NCBI GenBank assembly: GCA_030390025.1
Contig: CM059432.1
Coordinates: forward strand, 126,048,001-126,112,000
Origin: Squalus acanthias
Lineage: Eukaryota
Direction of reading: 5' to 3'
Length of the DNA stretch: 64,000 bases
Part shown: piece by piece, positions 28,768 through 41,829 of the stretch
Position numbering within the stretch: position 1 is the stretch's first letter
Layout of the letters: each line of letters begins with the position of its first letter
Program-made: the position numbers and the translations under genes
The notes under the pieces: generated by a model
What the model was told of the DNA's origin: nothing
What the model saw: only the letters and a program-made list of their open reading frames with translations
Database searches by the model: none

Positions 28768-29594
28768 GGGCTAGATTTTGAAACTGGGGACGGGATGGAG
28801 GCGGGACTCCCACTTTTTGGGTTGTAGTCCCGCCTCCATCGACTTGTGGCCAACCCACTGTATTTTCACTTGATTGACCTTGTTGAGCCCGCCCAGCGTG
28901 CTCAGCAGGCCAATTAAAGGCCACCCGGCAACAGGTGACGTCACAGATTGACATTTCATCTGTCAAGAGCTTTTGACAGATGAAATATCAGCGTTTAACA
29001 GCTCCTTGAAGCTGTCAAACACTGACAATCTGTCCTCTAAGTTAATTCCTTCCTCTCAGGTTGATTTAGAGATCTCTGCAGAACAAAAAGCAGAGGCTGC
29101 AGCTTTTGACAGCTCAACGGCCATTCTGCTTTCTGTGCCGGTGAGATTTCTGACTCCCGAGACCTGAAGGGCTGACACCTACAGGAGGAAGTTAAGGTAA
29201 GTAAAACTTTTTTCCACACTTTTCGCTTACCTTACACACTTACCTCTGCACACATGCACCCATCACTCACCTGCCCACCGGACATATCGACCCCTCCAAC
29301 CCCTGCAGATCCACGGTCCGCCTCGCTGAAACGGCGTGGTTGGGACCTGTCAGAGAGCCCACATTTCAGGCATAAAAATAGGGATTAGGCAAAAAACTGC
29401 CTGTTAACTACCTGTTAACAGGCAGTTTATTGCCACTAATCCCCTTCCCGCCTCGGGGAGGCGGGTCCCAGCACAGGTCGGGTACCTGCCTCCAGCGAAA
29501 CTGGCATGGAGGCGGGTTGGAACCCCAGATTCAGCTATTTTCAATCCAGTCCCGCCTCCAAACCCGCCTCCACGGCGCAATGAAAATTTTGCCC
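28768..29594. mobile_element. Harbinger-type MITE, family B
   Basis: TIRs GGGCTAGATTTT / AAAATTTTGCCC; TSD CCT; colinear with 41830-42673. Confidence 0.85.
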
Positions 29595-30639
29595 CCTGTG
29601 TCCAGTGCAGCATCAGGTGGGTTAGGAGGAGGTTGGTGCTGCTGTTGCGGCTGGTTGCAGTGCTGCCGCGGCTGCTCTTCCTCCAAATCTGATGACCAGG
29701 ATGAGAGGATGTAAATGGTTCCCATCCCATTGCTATAGATTTCAGTTGAGGCAAGAAGCTTGCAAGCGCACACTCAAAGTGGCCTGAAATTATTCCAATC
29801 AGGTAACACTGCAGATAGGTGTCAGCTTGAACAGTCACAAGGTCAGTAGATTTGCAAAATCTTATCCCAAACCTCCAACAACAAAGTTGTTGCATTTGAA
29901 TGTCAGCCATGTTACAGGAGCGCTTTTAAAGTGCTGCACCAATGACTACAAATCATGTCCTCCAGCAACTCGTCTCCTTGCAGCTGGCCTGTTCCTGACA
30001 ACACGGGAAACAGGAGCCAGAAGCATGAAAATGGAAAACCACTATCAAAATAGGACTAGCAAGGCAGTTAACAGGATTGTTAACTGCCTTAAATACCTGT
30101 CCCACCGGTTCCAGTCAGGTCAACTTGGGAGCAGCTGACCAGACACTCACGAAAATTGGGTGGGGGCGGGATGGAGGCGGGTTGGGTGTCTGAAGCCATT
30201 TTTTCCCGATTTTTGCTGCCGACCCGCCTCCTCAGGGCTCTTAAAATCGAGCCCCTAGTGTCAGAGGACTGAGTTATGAGGAAAGGCCAGTCAAACCAAG
30301 ATTCTTCAGCCTTGAAATGGGAGAAATAAGAGGATATTAAATGGACTTTGGCATTATTTCACGTTAAACCACAACTGTGGGACAAAGGAACATAGGTACA
30401 AACTATAAAAGGTAAGTTCAGGACTGATGTCAGGAAGCACTTCTTCAACAGTGATGAATACTTGGAATCGTCTCCTGGGTAGAATGTAGTGGCAAAGATT
30501 CTGCAATCAATTAAGAAGCAGTTAGATGCTGTGATGGGGGAATTGTAGATTCCTCTGGAAGGATGAGTTAGATGGGCTGAATGGACTCTTTTATCTGTAC
30601 TGATCTTTGTAATCCTTGTGATGTTACATGGTTAAAGTC

Positions 30640-33600
30640 CCAACCTGTTGCAAATTTCAGGAAGGGGCAGAGCGTACAAGCATAAGAATGCACCAGAAAA
30701 TAGAGTCAGAGTAAGGAAAAATGATAAGATAAAATTAAAGGCTCTTTATCTGAATGCATGCAGCATTCGTAACAAGATAGGTGAGTTGACAGCACAAATA
30801 GAAATAAATGGGTATGATCTGATAGCCATTACAGAGACGTGGTTGCAAGGTGACCAAGGCTGGGAACTGAGTATTCAGGGGTATTTGACATTTCGGAAGG
30901 ATAGGCAGAAAGGAAAAGGAGGTGGAGTAGCTCTGTTAATAAAGGAGGAGATCACTGCAGTGGTGAGGAATGATATTGGCTCAGAAGCTCAAGATGTAGA
31001 ATCAGTTTGGGTGGAGATAAGAAATAGTAAGGGTAAGAAGTCACTGGTGGACGTAATATATAGGCCCCCTAACAGTAGCTATACTGTAGGACAGAGTATA
31101 AATCAAGAAATAATAGGGGCTTGTAAGAAAGGTACTGCAATAATCATGGGCGATTTTAATCATCATATAGATTGGACAAATCAAATTGGCAAGGGTAGCC
31201 TTGAGGACGAGTTCATAGAGTGTATTCGGGATGGTTTCTTAGAGCAATACGTTGAGGAACCAACCAGGGAGCAGGCTATTTTAGATCTGGTAATGTGTAA
31301 TGAGACAGGATTAATTAATGATCTCATAGTAAAGGATCCCCTGGGAAAGAGTGATCATAGCATGGTAGAATTTCAAATTCAGTTTGAGGGTGAGAAACTT
31401 GGGTCTGAAACTAGTGTCCTAAACTTAAATAAAGGCAATTACAAGGATATGAGGACAGAGTTGGCTAAAGTGGACTGGAAAATAGATTAAAGGGTAAGAC
31501 GGTAGATCAGCAGTGGCAGACATTTAAGGAGATATTTCATAAATTTCAGCAAAGGTACTGTATATTCCAGTGAGAAAGAAAGGCTCTACAAGAAGGATGC
31601 ACCATCCGTGGCTAACTAAGGAAGTTAAGGATGGTATCAAATTGAAAAAAAAGGCATACAATGTTGCGAAGATTAGTGGTAGGCCAGAGGATTAAGAAAT
31701 TTTTAGAAACCAGCAAAGGATGACTAAAAAATTATAAAGAGGGAGAAGATAGAGTATGAGAGTGAACTAGCAAATAATATAAAAACAGACAGTAAGAGCT
31801 TCTACAGGTACATAAAAAGGAAGAGAGTAGCTAAAGTAAACGTTGGTCTCTTAGAGGATGAGACTGGGGAATTAATAATGGGAAATAGAGAAATGGCAGA
31901 GACTCGAAACAATTATTTTGGATCGGTCTTCACGGTAGAAGACACTAAAAGCATCCCAATAATAATAGATAATCAAGGGGCTATAGGGAGGGAGGAACTT
32001 AAAACAATCTCTATCACTAGAGAAAAAGTACTAGGCAAACTAATGGGGCTAAAGGCCGACATGTCCCCTGGACCTGATGGCCTGCATCCTAGGGTCTTAA
32101 AAGAAGTGGCTGCAGAGATAGTGAATGCGTTGGTTGTAATCTACCAAAATTCCCTGGATTCTGGAGAGGTCCCAGCAGATTGGAAAACCGCAAATGTAAC
32201 ACCACTATTCAAGAAAGGAGGGAAACAGAAAGCAGGAAACTATAGGCCAGTTAGCCTAACATCTGTCATTGGGAAAATACTGGAATCCATTATTAAGAAG
32301 GTCATAGTAGGACATTTAGAAAATCTTAAGACAATCAAGCAGAGTCAACATGGTTTTATGAAAGGGAAATCGTGTTTGACAAATTTGCTAGAGTTCTTTA
32401 AGGATGTAACAAACAGGGTGGATAAAGGGGAACCAGTAGATGTAGTGTATTTGGAATTCCAGAAGGCATTCAATAAGGTGTCACATATAAGGTTACTGCA
32501 CAAGATAAGAGCGCACGGGGTTGGGGGTAATATATTGGCATGGATAGGGGATTGGCTAACTAACAGAAAACAGAGAGTCGGGATAAATGGGTCATTTTCC
32601 GGTTGGCAATCAGTAACTAGTGGGGTGCAACAGGGATCAGTGCTGGGGCCTCAACTATTTACAATCTATATTAATGACTTGGATGAAGGGACCGAGTGTA
32701 CTGTAGCCAAACTTACTGATGATACAAAGATAGGTAGATTAGCAAGTTGTGAGGAGGACACAAAGGGGGGAATTTTCCCAGCCCTGAGGAGGCGGGTTTG
32801 GAGGCAGGACTGCTGGGAAAATGGGAAAAATTGGGAGCTGATCACAAACCTGCTCCCAACCCGCCTCTGAACCATCTTCCCGGGAGGCGGGTCCCTGACT
32901 CGCGCAGGGACCCGTCTCCTAGTGGCAGGAAAGGGATTAGAGCCAATTAACTGCCTGTTAACAGGTAGTTAAGAGGCAGGTAAGAGACATTTCCCCATTT
33001 TCAGCCTGCTGATGCGGGCTTCCCAACGGCGGGAAACCCCGCCAGGGTCAGCGAGGCGAGCTGTGGGTCTGCTGCAGTGTAAGTGTGCAAATGACAGCTG
33101 CAGAGGTAGTGTGATGGGTGCAATTGTGCACAGGTAAGTATGACAGGTGAGAGAATGTAGTGAGAAATATTTTGAATCTGTTTATATGTATCTGCAGGTA
33201 TCAAGATTTGATGTTTCTGTGAAGCCTCGTCTGATCGGGAGAATTGACAGATGGCTTCTGCAATCTCACATGCAGCTGCCATCTGTTTTCTCCTAAGGAG
33301 AGAGTCATTGGTGTTCCTGGGTGCAAGGGCTCACCTTTGAACAGTGATTGTCAGTGTTTGACAGCACCTCAATGCTGTCAAACACTGACAATTCATCTGT
33401 CAAAAAATTATGGGGCCTATCCCTTTAAGAAAACCGGCAGATGAAGCGTCATGCACTGACGTCATCTGATACCGGCTTTCCCTTAATTGGCTTAACAAGG
33501 CCAATCAGGGTAAAATAGCATTTTTTCGTCAGACGTCGCTGGGGGCGGGACTACAACCCGGAAGGCATCAGTCCCGCCCCCAACTCGTTTCGGCTGGGGA

Positions 33601-34103
33601 AATCCAGCCCAAAGAGTCTGCAAAGGGATATAGATAGGTTAAGTGAGTGGGCAAAAATTTGGCAGATGGAATATAATGTGGGAAAATGTGAGGTTATTCC
33701 ACTTTGGAAGGAAGAATGAAAAAGAAAATTATTATTTAAATGGAGTGATACTACAAAATGCTGCAGTACAAAGGGATCTGGGGGTCCTAGTACATGAAAC
33801 ACAAAAAGTTAGCATGCAGGTACAGCAAGTAATTAGGAAGGCCAATGGAATGTTGGCCTTTATTGCAAGGGGTATGGAGTATAAAAGTAGGGAAGTTTTG
33901 ATGCAACTTTACAGGGCGCTGGTGAGATCGCACCTGGAGTACTGCGTACAGTTTTGCTCTCCATATTTAAGGAAGGATATACTTGCATTGGAGGCAGTGC
34001 AGAGAAGGTTCACTAGGTTGATTCCTGGGTTGACGTATGACGAAAGGTTGAGCAGGTTGGGCCTATACTCATTGGAGTTTAGAAGTATGAGAGGTGATCT
34101 TAG
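30640..34103 (+). mobile_element. CR1 LINE ORF2 (EN 30648-31490; RT 31878-32764 and 33611-34103), disrupted
   Basis: LYLNAC, AITETW, IMGDFN, SDH; SPGPDG, QHGF, QGSVLGP, DDTK; LEYCVQF. Confidence 0.95.
32765..33610. mobile_element. Harbinger-type MITE (related to family B) inserted in CR1 RT
   Basis: TIRs GGGGGGAATTTT / GAAATCCAGCCC; TSD AAA; removal restores CEEDTKSLQRDIDRL. Confidence 0.9.
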
Positions 34104-34234
34104 GATATTCGATATTTAGGAAGGACAGGCATAAAGGAAAAGGAGGTGGGGTGGCGTTGTTAGAAAAGGATGAAATCAGAGCAACAGTGAGGAAGGATAT
34201 TGGCTCAGAAAATCAAGATGTAGAATCAGTCTGA

Positions 34235-35494
34235 GTGGAGATAAGAAATACCAAGGGGCAGAAAACATTGGTGGGAGTTGTCTATAGGCCTCCAAACAGT
34301 AGTGGTAATGTAGGGGGCGGCATCAAACAGGAAATTAGAGATGCATGTAACAAGGGTACTACTGTAATCATGGGTGACTTTAATCTACATATAGACTGGT
34401 CAAACCAAATTAGCAATAATACTGTGGAGGATGAATTCCTGGAGTGTGTCCGAGATGGATTTTTAGACCAGTACGTTGAGGAGCCAACTAGGGAACAGGC
34501 TATCCTAGATTGGGTATTGTGCAATGAGAAGGGGTTAATTAATAATCTTGTTGTGCGGGGTCCTTTAGGGAAGAGTGGCCATAACATGATAGAATTCTTC
34601 ATTAAGATGGAAAATGAAGTAGTTCAATCCGAAACTAGGGTCCTAAATCTAAACAAAGGAAACTACGAAGGTATGAGGAGTGAGTTGGCTATGATAGATT
34701 GGGGAGCTTCATTAAAAGGCTTGACAATGGATGAGTATTTTCAAGCAGCTACTGGGGACATCGCCAATATCTCCCAGTTCGCGGTCCATTGCTGTATCCG
34801 GCAGGTCACAAATGCCCTCTATAAAAGGAGACGCCAGTACATCTCTTTCCCGATGACCCGGGCCAAACAGCATGAACGCGCATTGGGCTTTGCGAGGATA
34901 GCGGGCTTCCCCATGGTGCAGGGCGCCATTGACTGCACGCATGTGGCATTGCGGGCACCGCATGAGAATGCAGAGGTTTTCCAAAACTGCAAGGGGTTCC
35001 ACTCCTTAAATGTGCAGTTAGTCTGTGACCACAGACAACTGATACTCGCCATCAATGCCCGCTATCCTGGCAGCAGCCACGATGCTTTCATCCTGCGCCA
35101 GACTGGTGTGCCAGACCTTTTCCAGGCACTGCATCAGCCAAGTGGTTGGCTCCTTGGGGACAAGGGTTATCCACTCTGCACCTGGCTGATGACACCGCTC
35201 CATAACCCCAACACCCCTGCCGAGCTGCGGTACAATGAGAGCCATATTGCCAGCAGGAACATAATTGAGCAGACGATCGGCGTTTGCTGCATTCTTCATA
35301 ACCTTGCAATCCTCAGGACCCAGCAAATGCCACCAGGCATTGATGCACCACAGGAGGAGGAGGAGGAGGAGGAGGAGGAAGAGGAGGAGGAAGAGGACGA
35401 GGATGATCAGCAGCAGCACCAAGGCGGGAGGGAGGCCCACCATATGGAAACTGCAAGGACCGTCCGTCAACGGCTGATAACAAGCCGCTTCTAG
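34235..35494 (+). pseudogene. Chimeric open frame: CR1 APE endonuclease fragment fused to a Harbinger (HARBI1-like) DDE transposase core
   Basis: N-part VVYRPP, IMGDFN, ILDWVL; junction ~34733; C-part GFPMVQGAIDCTH, SLNVQLVCD, YPGSSHDAFIL, WLLGDKGY, IEQTIG, CCILHNL, acidic tail. Confidence 0.85.
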
Positions 35495-35649
35495 GCCCCT
35501 ACTCAGAAGATGGCTTCTGGCATGGATGGAAAGCAACCTGCAACCCCTACAGCCGGCCAAGGCAGCAATGATTCCAAAGGCCAAACATGTACATTTTGAA
35601 AACAACAACTTTTTTACTTTACAAACTCTGTGTGTGTCATTTATTCGTG

Positions 35650-35842
35650 ACGAGGCGGAGTCACTGAATATATTCAAGGTGGAGATTGACAGACATTTGA
35701 ACTACAAGGGAGTCAAGGGGTATGGGGAGAGAGCGGGAAAGTGGTGTTGAGGCCAAGATTGGATCAGCCATGATCTTATTGAATGGCAGAGCAGGCTCGA
35801 GGGGCCGATTGGCCTACTCCTGCTCCTGGTTCTTATGTTCTT
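35650..35842 (+). mobile_element. CR1 3' tail
   Basis: EAESLNIFKVEIDRHL..KGYGERAGKW followed by the CR1 3' UTR ending TCTTATGTTCTT. Confidence 0.85.
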
Positions 35843-35984
35843 GAACTTCCATCGGGAGAACCAGGATTAAGTAAAGATCTGATTTAAGACTTGTAGTGCC
35901 AGTAAAGCTCCCAGTATCTTGCAGTAGATTCAACTCAAACTATTTTGATATAACATTTTCCATCCATGCTGAACAAATCTACAC

Positions 35985-36660
35985 CTACTTTTGGGGGTTT
36001 CCTGTACGGGCTGCTCTTGCACACCCTCCATTTTGCCATCCTCGTCTGCCGTCCGGACACACCTTGGCGCACCGTCTTGCCATCCGGAAGAGGTGAGGGT
36101 CCCCAATGGAGGGCTCTCTACGCGAGAGTCCTCCCCTTATCTATTGGGGACTTGCTGGAGGGTGCTGCACGGGGCAGTCCTGTGCAGTAAGGTTTTAAGT
36201 AGGTTCACAGACTCCCAGGCCACCTGCCTTTTCTGAGGCCTGGAGGAGTCCGTGTTCCATGTTTATATTGAATGTGAGAGGTTGCAGCCCCTCTTCCACT
36301 ATTTGAAGGGGCTTTTCCTCGATTTTTGGCTGCACTTCAGTCCCACGCTCCGGTGCGGAGGGGGAGCGGGTAGGTTGGGACACCTCCTCGTAGGACTGCT
36401 CCTGGGCTTGGCCAAAGTGGCCATTAACTGGTCCAAGGCAGCGGGCGGTCGAGGGGGTCGTTGGGCCCGACTGCCTGCCTCTCTTCTGCGGCCACGTTCG
36501 TGCCCGGGTGGCCCTGGAGATGGAGCACGCGGTGTCTGCTGGCACGCTCAAGGCCTTCAGGCACCGCAGGGACTGGAGTGCATCATCACCCCCGGCAACA
36601 AAATTTTAATTTAAGTTGTTAAGTTTCTTTTAATTATTTTTTGTTAAGTTGCAGTTTATT
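35985..36660 (+). mobile_element. L1/Tx1-type LINE 3' fragment
   Basis: C-terminal CCHC-like region (..EESVFHVYIEC..LLLGLAKVAI); T-rich 3' end; second copy at 47905-48340. Confidence 0.7.
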
Positions 36661-37934
36661 GAGCGATCTCAGAAGGGTACACCTACTTTTGACCACAGTC
36701 AGTTAGGGGCATCATGGGAGACGAATTGTTCTTTGGTCTGTGATTCGGCTCAGGTTCCGAATCCTGATTGTGATCACTTGACCGATGCTGGGATTATGAT
36801 TGCATGAATGAGATTCAGCTGTGATAGCTTCTGTGGTCAGATGACCTGGTAACAGTTACAATCGAGATTCACGCATGAATAATGGCCACTTAGGTGAGGT
36901 ACTGGAGGCTGACTGCTGCCCATGCAACTGTACCTCAACAAGCAGTCAATGATTTCAGGAGAAGAGGGGAGGCAGATGACATTGGTAAGAAAACACATGT
37001 GAATTAGGTCAATAACACTTTAAAGGTGAATGACAAATGATAATAATGTCTAAAAAATACTTGAATTAGAAGACTCGGTGAATGTGTTGTTTACTACCCA
37101 AAATAGCCTTAGACCTCAGTTATAGTGTTCTGGTACAGCTAGGTGCCAACTCAAGCAATATTTTTGTCATCCTGACCTGCAATGAAGAAGCCAATGCTGC
37201 CTTCTGTTTGACAGCGTTTGTCTATACTGATCCTACACAATGAGGCTAACAAACTATTTTTTCAACAATAAGAGTTTCACTTCAGTAAGAGTTGGATTAG
37301 CCCTTGTGTGTTGGCGGATGTCATAGGTCATGCAACCTTTTGGGAAAGCATGTAAAGACTATTTGTGTGGCTGATCGAGATCCAGAACGGATTGAAGCTC
37401 CCTTTTCTATCCAGTCATACATTTGCATTCCTCTCTGGTTGACTCTGTGATATGTCTCCTATTTGGATTTAATTGTTTGGGCAGAAATTTAAGTACTAGT
37501 TCTATTCAATTAAGGAAAATGGCTGCAAATCACAGCAACCCATTTGAAATTTACACTTGCACCCAGAGCTAACAACGCTGGTCAAATCCTTGGGGTAAGA
37601 CTTTCAGTTGTGAGCACGCCTTCAGTATCGCCTCACATCACAAACAGAAACACTGTTGAAAGCAACAATCTTCATCCGTCACACGGGCTCCAGTGAATAG
37701 CCAAATTGAGGTCAAATAATTATTCTCTTTTTGTTTCTAATGCATTCTTCCTTTTCCCTTTCTTTTTTTTCCTCCTTTATTGTCTTTCCCCTTTTCTCTT
37801 CCCAATCTGAAAAGAGAAAAAAAAAGACTTGCATTTCTATAGCGCCTTTCACAACCACCGGATGTCCCAAAGCGCTTTACAGCCAATGAAGTACTTTTTG
37901 AACTGTAGTCACTGTTGTAATGCTGTGCAGATTC

Positions 37935-38450
37935 AACAACAACAACGTGTATTTATATAACACTTTTAACGTAGTAAAATCTCCCAAGGCACTTCACAGG
38001 AGCGATTATCAAATAAAATTTGATAACGAGCCACATAAGGAGATATTAGAACAGATCCACCAAAAGCTTGGACAAAGAGGTAGGTTTTAAGGAGCGTCTT
38101 AAAAGGAGGAGGGGGCGGTAGAGAGGTGGAAAGGCTTAGGGAGAGAATTCCAGAGCTTAGGGCCCAGGCAGCTGAAAGATGAGCTAAAATCGGGGAATGT
38201 GCAAGAGGTCAGAATTGGAGGAGCGCAGAGACCTCGGCGGGTTGTAGGGCTGGAGAAGGTTACAGCAATAGGGAGGAGCGAGGCCATGGAGGGATTTGAA
38301 AACAAGGATGGGAATTTTAAAATCGAGGCATTGCCGGACTGGGAGCCAATGTAGGTCAGCGAGCACAGGGGTGATGGGTGAACGGGACTTGGTGCGAGTT
38401 AGGATACGGGTAGCCGAGTTTTGGATGAGCTTAAGTTTATGGAGGGTGGA
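37935..38450 (-). mobile_element. L2 LINE 3' fragment
   Basis: LADLHWLPVRQCLDFKI..FKSLHGLAPPY..LRSS and FSCLGPKLWNSLP, the L2 ORF2 C-terminus. Confidence 0.85.
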
Positions 38451-38697
38451 AAAATGATACCGTGGCTAAAAGGATTAAATTATGTGGCCAGTTTGCATAG
38501 ACTAGTTTTGTATTCCCTTGCGTGTAGAAGATTAAGGGGTGATCTAATTGAGGTGCTTAAGGTTATTAAAGGTTTTGATAGGGTAGATAGAAAGAAACTA
38601 TGTCCTCTGATTGGGGAGTCCAGAACAAGTCAGCATAACCTTAAAATTAGAGCTTTTTAGGTAAAATTTCAAAAATGAGATTGATATATTTTTCTTA

Positions 38698-39172
38698 GTG
38701 TCAGCTGTGGCTCAGTTGGTAGCACCCTCGTCTCTGAGTCAGAAGGTTGTGGGTTCAAGTCCCACTCCACGGGACTTGAGCACATGAAGCTAGGTTGACA
38801 CTCCAGTGCAGTGCTGAGGGAGTGCTGCACTGTCGGAGGTGCCGTCTTTCGGATGAGACGTTAAACCGAGGCCCCTGTCTGCTCTCTCGGGTGGTCGTGA
38901 AAGATCCCATGGCACTATTTCGAAGACGAGCAGGGGAGTTATCCCCAGTGTCCTGGCCAATGTTTATCCCTCAACCAACATAACAAAAACAGATTATCTG
39001 GTCATTATCACATTGCTATTTGTGGGAGCTTGCTGTGCGCAAATTGGCTGCCACGTTTCCCACATTACAACAGTGACTACACTGCAAAAATACTTCATTG
39101 GCTGTAAAGCGCTTTGAGACGTCCGGTGGTCATGAAAGGCGCTATATAAATGCAAGTCTTTCTTTTCTTTCT
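38698..39172 (+). mobile_element. Deu-SINE, full length, inserted in an old CR1 fragment (38455-39290)
   Basis: Colinear with 23201-23661; A/B boxes intact; (TCTT)n end. Confidence 0.85.
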
Positions 39173-39932
39173 TTAGGTAAGGGTATTAACGGTTACGGAA
39201 CCAAGGGGGGTAGATAGAGTTAAGATATAGATCAGGTATGATCTAACTGAACAGGCTCGAGGGGCTGAATGGCCTACCCATGATCCTAATGTTCACACAT
39301 AATAATGGCCAGTTGGATGAGGAAGACGGGTATACCCAGTGCACTCCTGCAGCGATCCAGCACCGTCTGAAGAGGGGGAATAAACTGGGTGAGGAAAATT
39401 GGAGAATAGAGAGAGCGCAGCGCATGGCTCCTTTCTCCCCCCACCCCCGCTCATCACCCCACATGCCAGCAACTCTGTGCTGCACAATGAACGCGGATAG
39501 AGTTCAGTCTGAAAACCTTTTGTTGTTGTGTGCCACAGCCGGCCCACTTTCTGTAAACTACTCATATCGTCTTACGTAGGTGCAAGAAATGTGATAGTTT
39601 ATTGTGGATACCACCACACAACAGAGTATCCAGGAAGCTGTTAACGCCCAGGCCGATCAATAAAAAGATCACCACTTAAGTCGGCAGCTTTTCATCCTGT
39701 CCTGGAAGAATCGAATGATACTGCTTTACCCTGTGCAAGCCAACAGCAATATTCATGGCCTTCTCTCTTCAGTGCATTATTTGTGTCTTTTACACCATTT
39801 AACAGTCTCTTTCACAGAGTTCCTATTTTGATAGTCCTGTGCAGGCTACACACCCCTGAAGGGCCAAATGCTTAGCATTGCTGCTGCATGTCAGACACAC
39901 CTGCATTGCTCAAATTTTATTCAGGACACACT

Positions 39933-40487
39933 GGAGTTCATTTTGAGTCACCTCGCCAGGTGTTAACGGGGTGGTGATGGCCTCAAAAATGGGGTCGGTA
40001 GCCTTACCGCCCCGTTAACACCGGCAATGCAGCCGGCGCCCTTTTAAAAGGGGCTAATCATGTGCCCAAAGCGCCCGCCTGATTCAGGCAATAGGCCCCT
40101 AGTAATATGGATATCGGGCTCCTACAACACAAGCAGGACCCCGATTGCCATTTTAGGCAGGAATGGCTGGGGCCAGCGCAGTTCTGATCACTTCCACAGG
40201 CGACGGGAGAGAAGAGCCCCAGCAACGGTATGTCGTGAATTATTTTTGTGGGCCCCAGAGGATCAGGAGCCGTGGCCCACAACTAACATGGGCCGCTGCT
40301 GGTGCGACCCGTTTTCCTGAGCTGACTCTGGCGAGTTGTGCCGGGATGCCTTTTTGGGGCCCCGCAGCTCGCCTGGTGAATGTAAAAGAGGTCGGAGCCT
40401 CAAAATTATGGGGGGCACTTCACCGCCAGAATGGGCACCTGACTAGCCCACTCCATCGGTCACGGCCCAAAAATCTAAATCTACCCC
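39933..40487. mobile_element. Probable Harbinger-type MITE
   Basis: GC-rich block with degenerate TIRs GGAGTTCATTT / AAATCTACCCC and flanks ACT/ATT. Confidence 0.45.
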
Positions 40488-40871
40488 ATTTTATGGAGAC
40501 ATTTCAATTTAATTTTATATCGTTATTATTTCACGTGTGTGTGTATGTGATATATACAATATAAATAATATAGTGTGTGTATGGGGGGGTATGCAGGCCC
40601 GTCGGGAGGAATTTAGGGGCTTGACATCGCCTTCTTTGGGACCCAACCCCATATGTCGAGCTTCTTTGCCAACGAGTTCAATTTCACAATTTGCTATAGA
40701 TTATAATCACATTTTTTTTTTTTTAAAAGCAATAAATTTAATAAAAACAAGTTTTTGTAATTTCCGACATTTGCAGTCGGCACTTGGTGATGTCGGGATC
40801 TCACAGGGCATCACTGAGCCTCGCCCACTAAAGCTAACCAAACAGGATTTATAGAACATTCTAGATCTTTA

Positions 40872-41724
40872 GGGGGAGAAATTCGGTTGATTAGCGCAAA
40901 GCAACTAGCGCCCGGGCGTGGCAATCTTTGCGCTGCTCGCGAAATTGACCAGACATTTTGCGGCGGCGCTAAACACTACCGCCACGATCTCCTGCACCCG
41001 CAGATCGTGACGTCAGTCGAGTGTGCAACGCCCTGGTAGCGCCCCAGACCGGATATTGAGTGGCGCCCCCTGCCTTTCCGCCTGCCGCTAGCAACGACAG
41101 GTAGAGGGGAACGTTTTGCAGTCGGGAAGGGACTGGGGGAACACTATTTAAAGGCAGCCGCTTCCTGCCTTTTTTTGTCGGCGACATTTTTGCATCACAC
41201 ATTCTGAGAGAGAGAGAGAGACTTCTGGAGAGATTCAACGCTGTGTGAAGGAGTTTTGGGTACTGAGCAGCACTTTGCAGGTTCATTTTGATTTGACCTT
41301 CCTTGCATTGATTTAGAAGAGACTATGGGGGCTGCACTGAGCTCTTTCCCTGGGCCTCTCCATTGTTCTTTCCAGCAGAATTGATGTACAGGTCCCTCCA
41401 GGCTGAGATTCAAGGCTGCAATGAGCAGGGTGTGGCTAGAGAGCAAGATCGACCCTCCCCTTTAAGAACTGGCTGGCGCCAGTGTGTCTGTGTTCCATTG
41501 CTGACTGACATCACATGAGCTTCGCCAGCACTCTGAGGTAGCGCCTTGCTCCTCGGCGTTAGCACTTTAAGAGAGGTGTGTAGCGCTTGATTTAGCGCTC
41601 CAATCACCTCCAGGGGCAATAGAAGCCAAGTTTGCAGTCGGAGCCGATAATTAGTGCCAGGCGCTAAACTTTGCGCCCGGCTGATAATTGCGCCCCAAAC
41701 GGGGCGATACTGAATTTCTCCCCC
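40872..41724. mobile_element. Harbinger-type MITE, family A
   Basis: Perfect TIRs GGGGGAGAAATTC / GAATTTCTCCCCC; TSD TTA. Confidence 0.9.
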
Positions 41725-41829
41725 TTAATCTTTCTCAAATAGTGAGCTTTTACCGATAAAAGCAGGAAAACGGAATTCTGGAGGGTTTCGGGCTGTACTC
41801 AGTAAATATATTAAACATTCAAACATAAT

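Larger units (their letters stand above)
23812..30254. mobile_element. Harbinger element (inverted relative of 17384-19150) interrupted by a CR1 and a MITE
   Basis: 23940-24339 and 28385-30254 match the reverse complement of 17384-19150; Myb-like remnant LMEGVTARREVLFPS; right end AAAATCGAGCCC. Confidence 0.8.

Noticed and set aside
34733..35494. Host HARBI1 gene
   Set aside because: N-terminally truncated, internally deleted and embedded in CR1 sequence; it is transposon-derived.
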